A stretch of 64,000 bases of DNA from an uncultured cyanobacterium (GTDB lineage: Bacteria; Cyanobacteriota; Cyanobacteriia; Cyanobacteriales; CAWCAG01): positions 864,001 through 928,000 of the forward strand of contig CAWDOD010000002.1 in NCBI GenBank assembly GCA_963803805.1. The letters run 5' to 3'. Positions 34,063-45,300 of this stretch are shown in pieces (within the stretch, counting starts at the first letter, position 1; every line of letters begins with the position of its first letter). The position numbers and the translations under genes are program-made. The notes beneath the pieces are model-generated. The model searched no databases. It saw only the letters and a list, made by a program, of their open reading frames with translations, and was not told where the DNA came from.

Positions 34063-34187
34063 TAAGCTGTCAGGCATTTAATTTACTTATTAGGTTTGAT
34101 GGGAAATAAGGGGATAGGGAGATGGGGGAGGGTTTTAGGGCTTATTTCCTAGTTGAGTAATACACAGTTTAAATGCACATCAGCTTA
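34063..34187. mobile_element. MITE-like element in the PPIase/T1SS leader
   Basis: taagctgtcaggcatttaaa ... tttaaatgcacatcagctta inverted ends (16/20), with TA at both termini. Confidence 0.55.
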
Positions 34188-34193
34188 ACAGCT

Positions 34194-34249
34194 TATTTAC
34201 TTATCTACTAAAAACAAGTTTTTTTTGCAAAAAGTACAGAAAACTTTTT
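34194..34249 (-). promoter_or_regulatory. Island motif copy 1, upstream of PPIase-hlyB-hlyD
   Basis: + strand tatttacttatctactaaaaacaagttttttttgcaaaaagtacagaaaacttttt, colinear with copies 2 and 3. Confidence 0.75.
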
Positions 34250-34313
34250 CTGTAGGGAATTTAGGTGATTTTAACAATTTTTAAAATCCTGGTTTTAGAA
34301 ACTTGCTTGAGTG

Positions 34314-34355
34314 GGCGATCGCATTTTCTATTTTATTGATGAAGATGCGATCGCC
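34314..34355 (-). terminator. HIP1-containing hairpin downstream of the RTX gene
   Basis: ggcgatcgcattttc...gaagatgcgatcgcc just after the stop at 34368. Confidence 0.55.
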
Positions 34356-34367
34356 TCTTAACTCAAC

Positions 34368-37300
34368 TTAGACGTTAGTGAAGCTTTCACTAGTTAGGGT
34401 GTCAGCTTGGAAATTTGTCAACGAGGCTAACAATTCACCTGTATTTACAAAACTGATAAATGCGTCCTTTTCTGAGGAACCACTTCCTTGACTAAAGGAA
34501 AGTTCTTGGAACTTCAAGCCTCCAGATAAACCGAAAATATCAGTACCAACTTGGAAGTCGAGGATAGTGTCCATACCTTGATTTCTAGCCATAATAAAGG
34601 TATCTTTGCCTTCTCCCCCTTCTAGGGTATCCTGACCGAAACCACCATTAATCAGGTCGTCTTCTTCTCCCCCGTAGAGGAAGTCATCACCAGATTGTCC
34701 TAGCAAGACATCATCATCCTCACCCCCATACAGAAAGTCGTTACCCGTGCCACCGTCTAGGTTATCACGTCCGTCTCCCCCATCAAGGATGTCGTCGCCG
34801 TCAGCACCGGAAAGTTCGTCGTGACCAGCATTTCCTTCCAAATTATCTGCACCAGAGCGACCAAGTAGAATATCGGCATCATCTCCTCCTTTGAGGATAT
34901 CATCACCTGCACCACCATCAAGGAAGTCCTTGCCTTTGTCACCAAACAACTCGTCGTTGCCTGCACCACCGAGTAGGATGTCTTTTCCGGAACCACCGTC
35001 AAGGATGTCGTTACCTATACCACCATCAAGGTTATCATAGTCATTACCTCCGTAGAGTTTGTCATCACCCGTGCCACCAATGAGGGTATCATCATCGTTG
35101 CCACCCTCAAGGGTATCATTGCCAGAACCACCATCAAGGTTGTCTTCACCACTACCACCGATGAGTTGATCATTCCCTGCACCACCGATGAGAATATCAT
35201 CCTCGTTGCCGCCATTTAGGGTATCATCCCCAGAGCCACCATCAAGGTTGTCTTCACCATTACCACCGATAAGTTGATCATTCCCTGCACCACCGTCAAG
35301 GTTGTCATCATTAGACCCCCCATCAAGGATGTCATTGCCTGCCCCACCGATGAGTTCATCCCGGCCTGTAGCCCCTTCAAGGAGGTCATTACCAGCACCA
35401 CCATCAAGGAAGTCATCACCATAACCACCATCAAGGAAGTCATCCCCAGCTTGACCGTAGAGGGTATCATCACCATCTTCACCTTTAAGTAGATCATTGC
35501 CACGACCACCATCTAGGGTATCATCTTCAGTTCCTCCGTAGAGAGAATCATCTCCGGCATCACCAAATAGTTGGTCATCATCATCGTTACCATAAAGGGT
35601 GTCATCTCCGTAGCCACCATCTAGCTCATCTTCTCCTTCCCCTCCAGAAAGGTCATCGTTGCCGTTGCCACCTTCGAGGTCATCATCCCCTTCAAAGCCT
35701 TGGAGGGTATCGTTGCCGTCACCCCCTTGAAGGGTATCGTTCCCATCACCACCATAGAGTAGGTCATTGTCATCTCCTCCACAAAGATGGTCGTCTCCTT
35801 CACCCCCTCTGAGTTCATCGTCTCCCTCTTGTCCCAGGAGGATGTCATCCCCTTGATCTCCAACGAGGATATCCTTGCCTTCGCCACCAGCGAGGGTGTC
35901 GTCCCCTCCTCTACCAAAAATCTCATCATTGCCACCAACACCAATCAGGAGATTATCTTGCCCATCACCTATAATTTTGTCGCTTTTCTCGGAACCAATA
36001 ACGTTCTCGATATCTCTGAGGATGTCATGATCTCCGTAACCATCGGTGGCAATTTGTTGGGCGAGATTAACATCAACGCTGCCGTTATCCCACTGGTAAC
36101 TAACAGTATCAATTCCTGCCCCTCCTTCAATGAGATCATTACCACCATGACCAGCGATGAAGTCGTCACCATCTAGGGTACGAATCCAGTTATCTTTGCC
36201 ATTCCCCATCATGACATCATCTTGATTGGAGGCTACGATGTCTTCAATGTTAACCAGGGTGTCGCTAGCATCCATTTCATCATAAACTTCACCAGGATCT
36301 AGGGCAAATCTTGGTTCAGGGTGGGGAACTTCAATATCACAGTCGTTGTCACAATATTCTTGGTCGTGGTATTCGTAGCTGTTGTCGTCATCAAGGTTGA
36401 TGCGGACTCCTACAGTTGAGGTGGCGAAGGTAACTTGGTCAACCCCTTCTCCACCGTCAATGAAGTCGCTGCCATCTCCTCCATCAAGGAAGTCGTCACC
36501 ATCGCCCCCATAAAGTTCGTCATCTCCTGCACCACCAATAAGGGAGTCATCTCCTTCTCCGGCATCAAGGATATCATCACCATTGCCACCATCAAGGGAG
36601 TCGTTACCTTCGCCCCCATAAAGTTCATCGTCCCCATCATCGCCGGCCATGGTATCGTTGCCTGCACCTCCTGAGAGAACATCATCTCCTGCACCTGCGG
36701 CAATATTGTCATCCCCTGCACCGCCATCAAGGTAGTCGCTACCGTCGCCACCGTTAATTTCGTCGTCGCCAGCGCCACCTTCTGCTACATCGTCTCCTGC
36801 CCCAGCATCAAGGATGTCGTTTCCTGAACCCCCTTCAAGGTAGTCATCACCAGTTCCTGCGTCGAGGTTATCGTTGCCAGCGCCACCATCAAGAATATCG
36901 TCGCCTTCACCAGCATCTAAGGTATCGTTACCATCGCCACCGAACAGTTCGTCATTTCCTTGGGCAGCATCAAGGTTATCATTGCCTGCGCCGCCGTAGA
37001 GGTAGTCATTTCCTTCTCTACCAAACAGTTGGTCATCGTCGTTACCGCCATCAAGGTAGTCGCTGCCGGTATCCCCATCGAGGTAGTCTTGACCATCTGA
37101 ACCAAGGAGGGTGTCGTTGCCAGCTTCACCAAAGATTTGGTCGTCTCCAGCGCCGCCGTCGAGGGTATCTTCACCTTCACGACCGTAAATTAAGTCAATA
37201 CCGTCGCCGCCATCAGCAAAGTCGTTGCCTGCGCCAGCGTCAATGAAATCTTCTCCGGCAGAACCAAAAAGGTTATCATGTCCGATTTCACCATAAATCT

Positions 37301-40300
37301 CGTCGTCACCAGCGCCACCGTCTATGGTATCATCACCAGCGCGACCGTAAATTAGGTCAGCATCATCACCGCCATCAACGTTATCATTGCCGATTCCTGC
37401 ATCGATATAGTCTTCACCACCGGAACCAAGAATGGTATCGTCATCTTCTTCGCCGTAGATTTCATCGTCACCAGCGCCACCGTCTATGGTATCATCACCA
37501 GCGCGACCGTAAATTAGGTCAGCATCATCACCGCCATCAACGTTATCATTGCCGATTCCTGCATCGATATAGTCTTCACCACCGGAACCAAGAATGGTAT
37601 CGTCATCTTCTTCGCCGTAGATTTCATCGTTACCAGCGCCACCGTCTATGGTGTCGTTGCCAGCGCGACCGTAAATTAGGTCAGCATCATCACCGCCATC
37701 AACGTTATCATTGCCGATTCCTGCATCGATATAGTCTTCACCACCGGAACCAAGAATGGTATCGTCATCTTCTTCGCCGTAGATTTCATCGTTACCAGCC
37801 CCGCCGTCTATGGTGTCGTTGCCAGCGCGACCGTAAATTAGGTCAGCATCATCACCGCCATCAACGTTATCATTGCCGATTCCTGCATCGATATAGTCTT
37901 CACCACCGGAACCAAGAATGGTATCGTCATCTTCTTCGCCGTAGATTTCATCGTTACCAGCCCCGCCGTCTATGGTGTCGTTGCCAGTACGACCATAAAT
38001 CAAGTCAGTGCCATCACCACCATTAGCAATGTCGTCGCCCGTACCAGCATCAATGTTATCATCGCCAAGCCCTCCATTAATTTCGTCATCGCCATCGTTA
38101 CCATAAAGTTTGTCATTTTCTGAACCACCATCTATAAAATCGTTACCAGCATTACCTTCAATGAAGTCTTCACCAGATTCTCCATAGATAGTGTCATCAT
38201 CATCTTGACCATAAATGGAGTCGTTTCCTGTCCCTCCCCAGATAGAGTCTTTTCCTGCGCCACCTTCTAGGATATCGTTGCCTGCATCACCATAAATTTC
38301 ATCGTTGCCAAAACCGCTATCTCCTTTAACCCAGTCATCGCCACCACCAGAGTGGATTTCATCATCTCCATCACCACCGCGAATAATATCTGCATCTCCA
38401 TTAACAGCATCGCCAACGAAGTCTCCCCAAATGGTGTCATTGCCATAGTTACCGAATAGCTTATCTTGTCCGCTACCTCCGATAACTTTGTCATCACCGC
38501 GTTCACCATAAAGCATATCGTCACCACCTTCGCCGGAAATGTAGTCATTTCCCATGCCTGCGGTGATGATATTGAGGTTGTTGTCTCCGACAATCGTGTC
38601 GCCCAAATCAGAACCAACTACATTCTCGAAATCGAAGATTTGATCATGGTCATGGTTAGCGAGGAAGTTATTATCTGCTTGGCTAAAGTCAAAGGGTAAC
38701 TTGCCTTGGAAGCCTTTAACAGTAAGATTGGCTTCTAAGCTGACGTGGACTGGACGCGCTGTATCGCTGTAGCTGAGGGTGTCAAGACCGAATCCAGCGT
38801 AGAGGTTATCCGTACCAGCACTACCGACAACTACATCATCTCCTCCTAATGCCCAAATGTAGTTGTTTTTATTGTTGCCAATAAGAATGTCATCAGTGAA
38901 ACCTTTAGTACCGTAATCTCCAAATTGAACTATGGGCTGGAAATTCCAATCTGTTCCCTTGATAGATTCTAGGTTTTCTAAGATATCAACAGTACCAAAG
39001 CCATCATAGGCGGTTCCAGAGGCGATTTCATAGTTAGGTTCTAGGTCAAAGAAGTATTCTTCAGGGTTTTCTGGACTGACTTCTTGATTAAATAGCAGGT
39101 TGCGATTGTGTTCAAAGAGGTTATTTTCATTAATGTTGACGATGACGGTGTTAGGGGAGAAGCTGTAGTCAACGGTGTCTCCTTGAGTTCCTCCATTTAT
39201 GTAGTCGTTGCCAAGTCCGCCGTCGAACCAATCAAATCCTCCATTACCAAACAGAGTGTCGTTGCCTGTCCCTCCAGCTAGAGTGTCGTCGTTAGCACCA
39301 CCACTCATGTAGTCGTTGCCAGAACCACCGGAGAGATAGTCGTTACCAGCGTCTCCATACATGGTGTCGTTGCCTTCTTGTCCGTAGAGAGTGTCTCCAT
39401 TGTCACCACCGTGTAAGGTGTCAGCGCCAATTCCACCGTATAAGGTGTCTGTGCCAGCGTCGCCCCACAGTTCATCGTTTCCTTCTTGTCCGTAAAGAGT
39501 ATCTCCGTCATCGCCACCGTGTAGTGTGTCTATGCCGAGTCCTCCTTCTAAGGTATCAATACCAGCGTCGCCCCACAGTTCATCGTTTCCTTCTTGTCCG
39601 TAAAGGGAGTCTCCATCGTCTCCACCATGTAGGATATCTTCGCCAAGTCCACCTTCTAGAGTATCAACACCAGCGTCACCCCAGAGTTCATCATTACCGT
39701 TGTTTCCATACAAGGTATCGTTTTCAGAACCACCATGAAGTTCGTCTTCTCCATCTCCGCCGTGTAGTTCGTCAATACCTTCATCACCCCAGAGTTGATC
39801 GTTGCCTTCTTGTCCGTAAAGGAAGTCTCCATCATCTCCGCCATGTAAGGTGTCTTCGCCGAGTCCACCTTCTAGAGTGTCAGTGCCAGCACCGCCTTCT
39901 AATGTGTCATCTCCTCTACGACCATACAAGTTATCATTACCAGAGCCTCCACGGAAAGTGTCATTGTAACTTCCTCCATACATTTCGTCGTCATAAGAAG
40001 AGCCTTCTATAATCTCAACGTTACCGACTGTATCTAATGTGCCGAAACCGTCTTCAATACGATAAACATCAGAGCCTGCATATTCTTCAGCACTTACTTT
40101 AATAGGGCTATTGCTGCTTGAGTAATCCGCAGTATCTTGTCCCTTTCCTCCATCTAGCAAGTCGTAACCTTCTCCACCAATTAAGGTATCGTTACCACCT
40201 TTGCCTCTGAGGACATCATTTCTTGCAAATCCCCCTATTCTGTCATTTCCAGAAGTACCTTCAATCCAATCATCATTTTGTGTACCTGCTACATTAGATT

Positions 40301-41909
40301 GATTTTGGATTTTGTCTTCTGAAAAATAGTATCCTGTCTTATTTAATTCATTAAAAGATTGAAGAAAATATTGCTGGGCTTCTTCTCCCCATGTAGGCAA
40401 ATAGCTATCTACAAATTTGTGTTCATCCAACCCATTTTGTAAAGTAGCAATTCCAGTATTGACTAAATTTGATAGTTTAGAGAATAAATTATTGTCACTT
40501 AACTGCAACTTAGTAACCGGATCATTATTATTGATAATATTTAAGCCATCTCCCAAATTTTGATAATATGTATCAGGTGAAACCATTGATAATCCTGCTG
40601 CTGTGTAAGAAGTAGGAGAACCAAAAGAAATAACTTTTGTTTGATTTTGATATTGAGAGCCTTCGATCAAAGCATCTTCAAGAAAAAAGTTTCCTTGAGA
40701 ATGTCCTATCAAAATCAAAGAATTTTGTGAATCATTATTTCCTAAAAATTGGGAGTCTATGATTTGATTGTATAAATCTAAACTAGGAGAAACTGGATCT
40801 GTAAACCAGTATTGTATAAGTGCTTCTTTTAAATCAAAACTATCGGGTAAAGCTTGAATGATAGAATTAATTTCACCCCCTAATTGTCCGGCGATAAAAT
40901 TAATTAAATCAGCAGTAAATTGATCGTCTTCTAAAAGACTAAAACTCGGATTTTGCCAAAACTGCCATACTATATTTGCAAAATCTCCTATTTGATCTAT
41001 CAAATCTATAAGTTCAATACTACCTAAAATTTTATCAAGTAAATAGCTACCTATAAATTCTAAAATCAATTCATCCAAATTTTCCAAAGAAGAAAGATTA
41101 TAAACAGGCTTTGAAATTAAAGAACCATCATCATTAGCAAAAAGGTTATTGTTAATCACAAAATTTTCTTCTGCTTTTGGCACAAAATCACCATAAAAGG
41201 ATAATGAAGTTGTGAATATACCATTAATAAGAACAACTTGGGTTTTGCTTGAATCCTTTAAAACTTTGTTCCAAACTTTCTCAAAATTAAAATCTAGCTC
41301 GTTATTATTTACTATTCCTGCTTGTTCAATATTAAATGTGCTGCTATGTACCTGGATGATTCCAGAATCGTTTTCAGATTGCAAAACCTCAACTTGAGAC
41401 TCTCTCAAATCAACACCTTGCACCACATTGGAAAAATATTCCCCCTCATCTCCCGGAGTATCCACCACATTCACTTGAGCATCAACATAATGCCCAAACT
41501 CCTCCAACAACACACCATTAATCGCCTCAACATCACCAGCAGACTCACGCAAGAAATCCTCAGCCAAATAAATAGTATTAGTCGCTGCTGCATAAGCCGC
41601 ATTCGCCCCACTCAACTCCGCACTACTGAGAATCTCGAAACTAGGAAAAGACTCAAACTCACCAGAAACAAACGACTCTTTTAACTGGCTATAATCATTC
41701 CCCTCCCCAAAAACAGACTCCATCTTGCTAACAAACTCAGCATCAGTCGCAAAACTCTGCAAACTCAAACTAAACTGTTCCAGAAAACTTTCAGCCACAT
41801 CCGTACTCTCAAAAAAGTCGCCAACAACTTCTAGCAAATCGTCAAAAGAATCCTTATTTGACCAATCTTCCAAACCAAAAACTTGAGACTCGGTATTAAG
41901 CAAATCCAT
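34368..41909 (-). CDS. Giant Ca-binding RTX protein with N-terminal EExGH domain and alpha/beta-hydrolase (lipase-like) domain
   Basis: Very many GGxGxDxLx nonapeptides; LILIGHSQG nucleophile elbow; VLLEEFGH; T1SS-type C-terminus (DTILDFQVGTD); adjacent to the T1SS genes. Confidence 0.9.
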   Translation of the reverse strand: MDLLNTESQVFGLEDWSNKDSFDDLLEVVGDFFESTDVAESFLEQFSLSLQSFATDAEFVSKMESVFGEGNDYSQLKESFVSGEFESFPSFEILSSAELSGANAAYAAATNTIYLAEDFLRESAGDVEAINGVLLEEFGHYVDAQVNVVDTPGDEGEYFSNVVQGVDLRESQVEVLQSENDSGIIQVHSSTFNIEQAGIVNNNELDFNFEKVWNKVLKDSSKTQVVLINGIFTTSLSFYGDFVPKAEENFVINNNLFANDDGSLISKPVYNLSSLENLDELILEFIGSYLLDKILGSIELIDLIDQIGDFANIVWQFWQNPSFSLLEDDQFTADLINFIAGQLGGEINSIIQALPDSFDLKEALIQYWFTDPVSPSLDLYNQIIDSQFLGNNDSQNSLILIGHSQGNFFLEDALIEGSQYQNQTKVISFGSPTSYTAAGLSMVSPDTYYQNLGDGLNIINNNDPVTKLQLSDNNLFSKLSNLVNTGIATLQNGLDEHKFVDSYLPTWGEEAQQYFLQSFNELNKTGYYFSEDKIQNQSNVAGTQNDDWIEGTSGNDRIGGFARNDVLRGKGGNDTLIGGEGYDLLDGGKGQDTADYSSSNSPIKVSAEEYAGSDVYRIEDGFGTLDTVGNVEIIEGSSYDDEMYGGSYNDTFRGGSGNDNLYGRRGDDTLEGGAGTDTLEGGLGEDTLHGGDDGDFLYGQEGNDQLWGDEGIDELHGGDGEDELHGGSENDTLYGNNGNDELWGDAGVDTLEGGLGEDILHGGDDGDSLYGQEGNDELWGDAGIDTLEGGLGIDTLHGGDDGDTLYGQEGNDELWGDAGTDTLYGGIGADTLHGGDNGDTLYGQEGNDTMYGDAGNDYLSGGSGNDYMSGGANDDTLAGGTGNDTLFGNGGFDWFDGGLGNDYINGGTQGDTVDYSFSPNTVIVNINENNLFEHNRNLLFNQEVSPENPEEYFFDLEPNYEIASGTAYDGFGTVDILENLESIKGTDWNFQPIVQFGDYGTKGFTDDILIGNNKNNYIWALGGDDVVVGSAGTDNLYAGFGLDTLSYSDTARPVHVSLEANLTVKGFQGKLPFDFSQADNNFLANHDHDQIFDFENVVGSDLGDTIVGDNNLNIITAGMGNDYISGEGGDDMLYGERGDDKVIGGSGQDKLFGNYGNDTIWGDFVGDAVNGDADIIRGGDGDDEIHSGGGDDWVKGDSGFGNDEIYGDAGNDILEGGAGKDSIWGGTGNDSIYGQDDDDTIYGESGEDFIEGNAGNDFIDGGSENDKLYGNDGDDEINGGLGDDNIDAGTGDDIANGGDGTDLIYGRTGNDTIDGGAGNDEIYGEEDDDTILGSGGEDYIDAGIGNDNVDGGDDADLIYGRAGNDTIDGGAGNDEIYGEEDDDTILGSGGEDYIDAGIGNDNVDGGDDADLIYGRAGNDTIDGGAGNDEIYGEEDDDTILGSGGEDYIDAGIGNDNVDGGDDADLIYGRAGDDTIDGGAGDDEIYGEEDDDTILGSGGEDYIDAGIGNDNVDGGDDADLIYGRAGDDTIDGGAGDDEIYGEIGHDNLFGSAGEDFIDAGAGNDFADGGDGIDLIYGREGEDTLDGGAGDDQIFGEAGNDTLLGSDGQDYLDGDTGSDYLDGGNDDDQLFGREGNDYLYGGAGNDNLDAAQGNDELFGGDGNDTLDAGEGDDILDGGAGNDNLDAGTGDDYLEGGSGNDILDAGAGDDVAEGGAGDDEINGGDGSDYLDGGAGDDNIAAGAGDDVLSGGAGNDTMAGDDGDDELYGGEGNDSLDGGNGDDILDAGEGDDSLIGGAGDDELYGGDGDDFLDGGDGSDFIDGGEGVDQVTFATSTVGVRINLDDDNSYEYHDQEYCDNDCDIEVPHPEPRFALDPGEVYDEMDASDTLVNIEDIVASNQDDVMMGNGKDNWIRTLDGDDFIAGHGGNDLIEGGAGIDTVSYQWDNGSVDVNLAQQIATDGYGDHDILRDIENVIGSEKSDKIIGDGQDNLLIGVGGNDEIFGRGGDDTLAGGEGKDILVGDQGDDILLGQEGDDELRGGEGDDHLCGGDDNDLLYGGDGNDTLQGGDGNDTLQGFEGDDDLEGGNGNDDLSGGEGEDELDGGYGDDTLYGNDDDDQLFGDAGDDSLYGGTEDDTLDGGRGNDLLKGEDGDDTLYGQAGDDFLDGGYGDDFLDGGAGNDLLEGATGRDELIGGAGNDILDGGSNDDNLDGGAGNDQLIGGNGEDNLDGGSGDDTLNGGNEDDILIGGAGNDQLIGGSGEDNLDGGSGNDTLEGGNDDDTLIGGTGDDKLYGGNDYDNLDGGIGNDILDGGSGKDILLGGAGNDELFGDKGKDFLDGGAGDDILKGGDDADILLGRSGADNLEGNAGHDELSGADGDDILDGGDGRDNLDGGTGNDFLYGGEDDDVLLGQSGDDFLYGGEEDDLINGGFGQDTLEGGEGKDTFIMARNQGMDTILDFQVGTDIFGLSGGLKFQELSFSQGSGSSEKDAFISFVNTGELLASLTNFQADTLTSESFTNV
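37310..37985 (-). repeat. Four near-identical 162-bp (54 aa) RTX blocks
   Basis: gtatcgtcatcttcttcgccgtag at 37435, 37597, 37759 and 37921. Confidence 0.9.
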
Positions 41910-42300
41910 AAATCAATTCCCCTGGTTAGAATAGAAAAAATAAACAAACATCGCCAAAGTGAAACCCTGCCATAAACTCCAGAAATCAGAGATACGGTTA
42001 GCCACTGTGAAAAAACTGACTTACTCAAAAAGAGCGATTCAGAACTCTCACTAAAGTCTTCTCAGGGAAAAACACTCGATATTATGCAGCGAGACAATTT
42101 TTATTACAAAACTTCACAAAACCCATCAGGGACACTGAAATAAAACTGTAATTGGTTTGAAATTCTCTGTTAAGGAGGATGATACTATTTTTCAAAAATA
42201 GCTTCAGCCTTGCTCAAGTAATTATCACTATTTTCGTCAACAACAAAGCTCTTTTCTCTTCAACTAAAATACGGTTGCAAAAACTTCCCACCAGTCTCCC

Positions 42301-45300
42301 CTACCAGGGGCTACCAATCATCGTAAAACCTGACCAATAATGGGGATGGGACAAGTCCTTTCCTTCCCAGTCTTGTAACTCTTCGGGCAAAGTAATTTCT
42401 TCTTTTAGTCCTTGGACTTTACCAACCTTAACTGTCAAATTTCCTTTCAGCATAGCGATTTGCGCTTCTTGCAAAACCTCAGCTTTGAGGGTAACTTCTG
42501 GAGTGCTAAGTTGGTCATAAAACTTGCTCATCAAAGCAAAGGTAGCAAAGTCATCAACCTGCCATAAACTAGCTAAGGTGGATTTAACCCCTGCCCGCAC
42601 TGCTAAACCCGCAAAGCCCATTTCTGACCTCAAATCACCTACAGCCGTTTCACAGGCACTTAAGGTTAATAGCTGCACCATTTTGCCATGATACCATCGG
42701 GCATCTCGGAGTCCATCCAAGCCGACTTTTTTGTCCCAAAATTGAATGTAGGGGTTTTTGTTGGTTGTAGTTGAGAATGAGGCATGGGTGGCAAGGTGAA
42801 TAATGTCAAAGCCCTTTTCACTACGTTGGTTACGGAGGTTGTTTAAGGTGAAGTGTTCATTGAGAAAAGATTCTCCGGGCCACATTTTGCCAGCAATGCT
42901 ATTTAACTCTGTGGGGACAGCAGGTAAATCATCTAAATTGTGGTGAGCAAAGCTGTCTGCCCCCATAGCCAAAACCTCTGATTTATCTAGGGTTTGGTAA
43001 CTGGTGTCCGTGAGGCTGATGCTAGGGACGGAACCAAGGCTATACTTTTCAATTAAGAATTGTTCCCCATCGTGCAAAGCAGCCAGGGGCAGGTGGCGCA
43101 AGCCCCCATCCATAATAAAAATCAGGGTATCAATTTCTAGGGTTTCTAGTTCAGATTCCAGGGGACTAATCAACCAATGGTAAAGCTTTTGGGCTTGGGG
43201 TAAATAGGTGCTAGGGTTGCTGATAGGTTTTGCTAAAGAGTTGCGGAATTTCTCTAATTCTATTTCCAAGGTTTGCTGGTTTGCTTCCTTAACTACTGTG
43301 GTTAGGGGAGGCCCTTGAGGACGTACTAAGGTGAGGTGCAAACCTTGTTTTGAGACAACGCCGTAGACAATAACTGCTTTGTTGCCAGTTTTCTCTTCAA
43401 TGTTGTTTAGGGTTTGCCGTAGGTTTTCAGCATTGACTTCTTTGTCGGTAATGTTCTCCTCGTAATATTCTTCAAGCTGATTTTCAAAGTATTGATCTAG
43501 AAAACTAACGATATCTTCCGAGGGAATGAGAGGCGCTGCATAGGGTAGGCTATTATTGGTAATTTGTAGAGGTAGGGCAGGAACATTGAGGGAGAGAATT
43601 TGTTGATCTGAGACAGGCCATTCTAGGTAGTAGTCTTCGCTATCAGGGTTTTGCTCTATCCTCGTTTCTACACCAAGAATATCACCAATGAGTAGGGCTA
43701 AATCAGTTACAGGGTTATCTCCTGAAGGAGGTTGCACAGGTGAAGTGGGGGTTGGCGTAACTACTATAGGAGGTTGCAGTTGTGGAGTAGAGATGATTTG
43801 GATTCTGTCTTGATCTTGCTTATGGGTGGGGTAGTAGGTTTGGGTAGGTGAGATGGTTTCTTCTGTTGCAGCATTTCCCCTAGTAAGGGCTGCGGTTGTG
43901 CCATTGATTGCACTATCACCGACGATAAAAGGAATGATGCCATTTCCTCCATGACGAATAACAATTGTGCCACCCTCCTGTCCTCCAGCAGTGGAAATGC
44001 TAGCGTTAATGCCATTTTGGTTGAGGAAAGAGTCGCTTGCTCGAAATAAACCTGTGGTGATATCAAGGTTTCCTCCCTTAGCAGCAAGACTTTGAGTGTT
44101 GATTTGGCTAACTTGAATATTATTAGGGGCTTGCAGAAAAATATTGCCTGCATTATTGAGAAAAGAGGTGTCGAGAATATTAGTAAAAATATTACCAGAG
44201 TTACTAGTAAGAGAAATTCCTTGTGGTGAAGTGATGTTTGCAGTGCTTAGATTCTGAACAGTGGTAATGTCTACTCCTGCTGGGTTAGTAGTGGTAATAT
44301 TACCTTGAACTTGCAGACTTTGGAGAGGGATGGCACTACCAACAGCATCATTGAGTTGCGTGAAACCTGATTCAGTTTCAATAGTTAAATTATGGTTACC
44401 ATCTACTGTTTTGTTGAAAAATATCTTACCCCCCTCAGAAGTTTTTACACTCAGGTTGTTGGCAATAGTTACCGGGGCATTAAGGGTAATATTATTTCTG
44501 CTGGTTGAGATGTTGCCGTTGCTAATAATATTTTGACCTGCTGTCAGGTTAATTTCGCCACCAGGTTGCAAGGGAGAGAAGGAAAGAGCATCTATGACAT
44601 CGGCAGTAATTTTGCCAAAGGCATCCAGAGTAATTTCACCTCCTGTACCATAGGCAGAGCCAGCAATTAAGGCTCCCTGGCTACTATCAATATTGCCATT
44701 ACTACTGGTAATGCTGAGGTTGCCACTGTTGCCCCCAAAACCACTAAAGAAAGAAGTTACTGTCCCTGTATTTATATCTCCTGGGGCAGAAAGAGTGATA
44801 TCCCCGCCATCAATACCCCCTGCTGCATTGATAATTCCGGCAGTGGTGTCAATACTTCCATTGAGGCTATTCAGGGTTATATTCCCTCCCCTTTCACCAG
44901 AGGTGACAATTTCCCCTGTTGTTATGTTGTCAACTGCGGTTAAAGAAACGAAACCTGCCTCAAGCAAGGATTGAGCATCTATAGTACCTCCTTCAACTTT
45001 GATTGCACCATCGCTGTCGAGAACAATATTTCCTCCCCTCTCAGAACCATAGGCAGCAATGCTGTTAATTACAATATTCCCCTCAGCATCAATGGAAACT
45101 TCACCACCTTTGCCAGCACTAGCAGCAAAGGCACTTATATTTTCTCCAACCTCAAAATAGCTGCCACTTTGTATTTTTATATCGCCGCCTCCTAGTTCAC
45201 CAACTGCAACAATTCCTCTGTTAATACTTATGCTACCTTTAGCTTCAAGATAGATATTGCTTGCTCTCGTGGGGGTAGTAGGAGGAGTATTATCATAAAT

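Noticed and set aside
25827-37985. Periodic repeats as a possible CRISPR array
   Set aside because: The 387-bp and 162-bp units are in-frame coding repeats. The 21-bp units have no spacers, and there are no cas genes.
34757-42028. Alternative-frame and antisense ORFs inside or overlapping the RTX gene
   Set aside because: Met/Val/Thr-rich shifted readings of GGxGxD repeats and other overlap artefacts.
42081-42120. Possible fourth island-motif copy upstream of the RTX gene (attatgcagcgagacaatttttattacaaaac)
   Set aside because: Both boxes are degenerate and the spacer is 18 rather than 20 nt. It needs a PWM score before it can be called.
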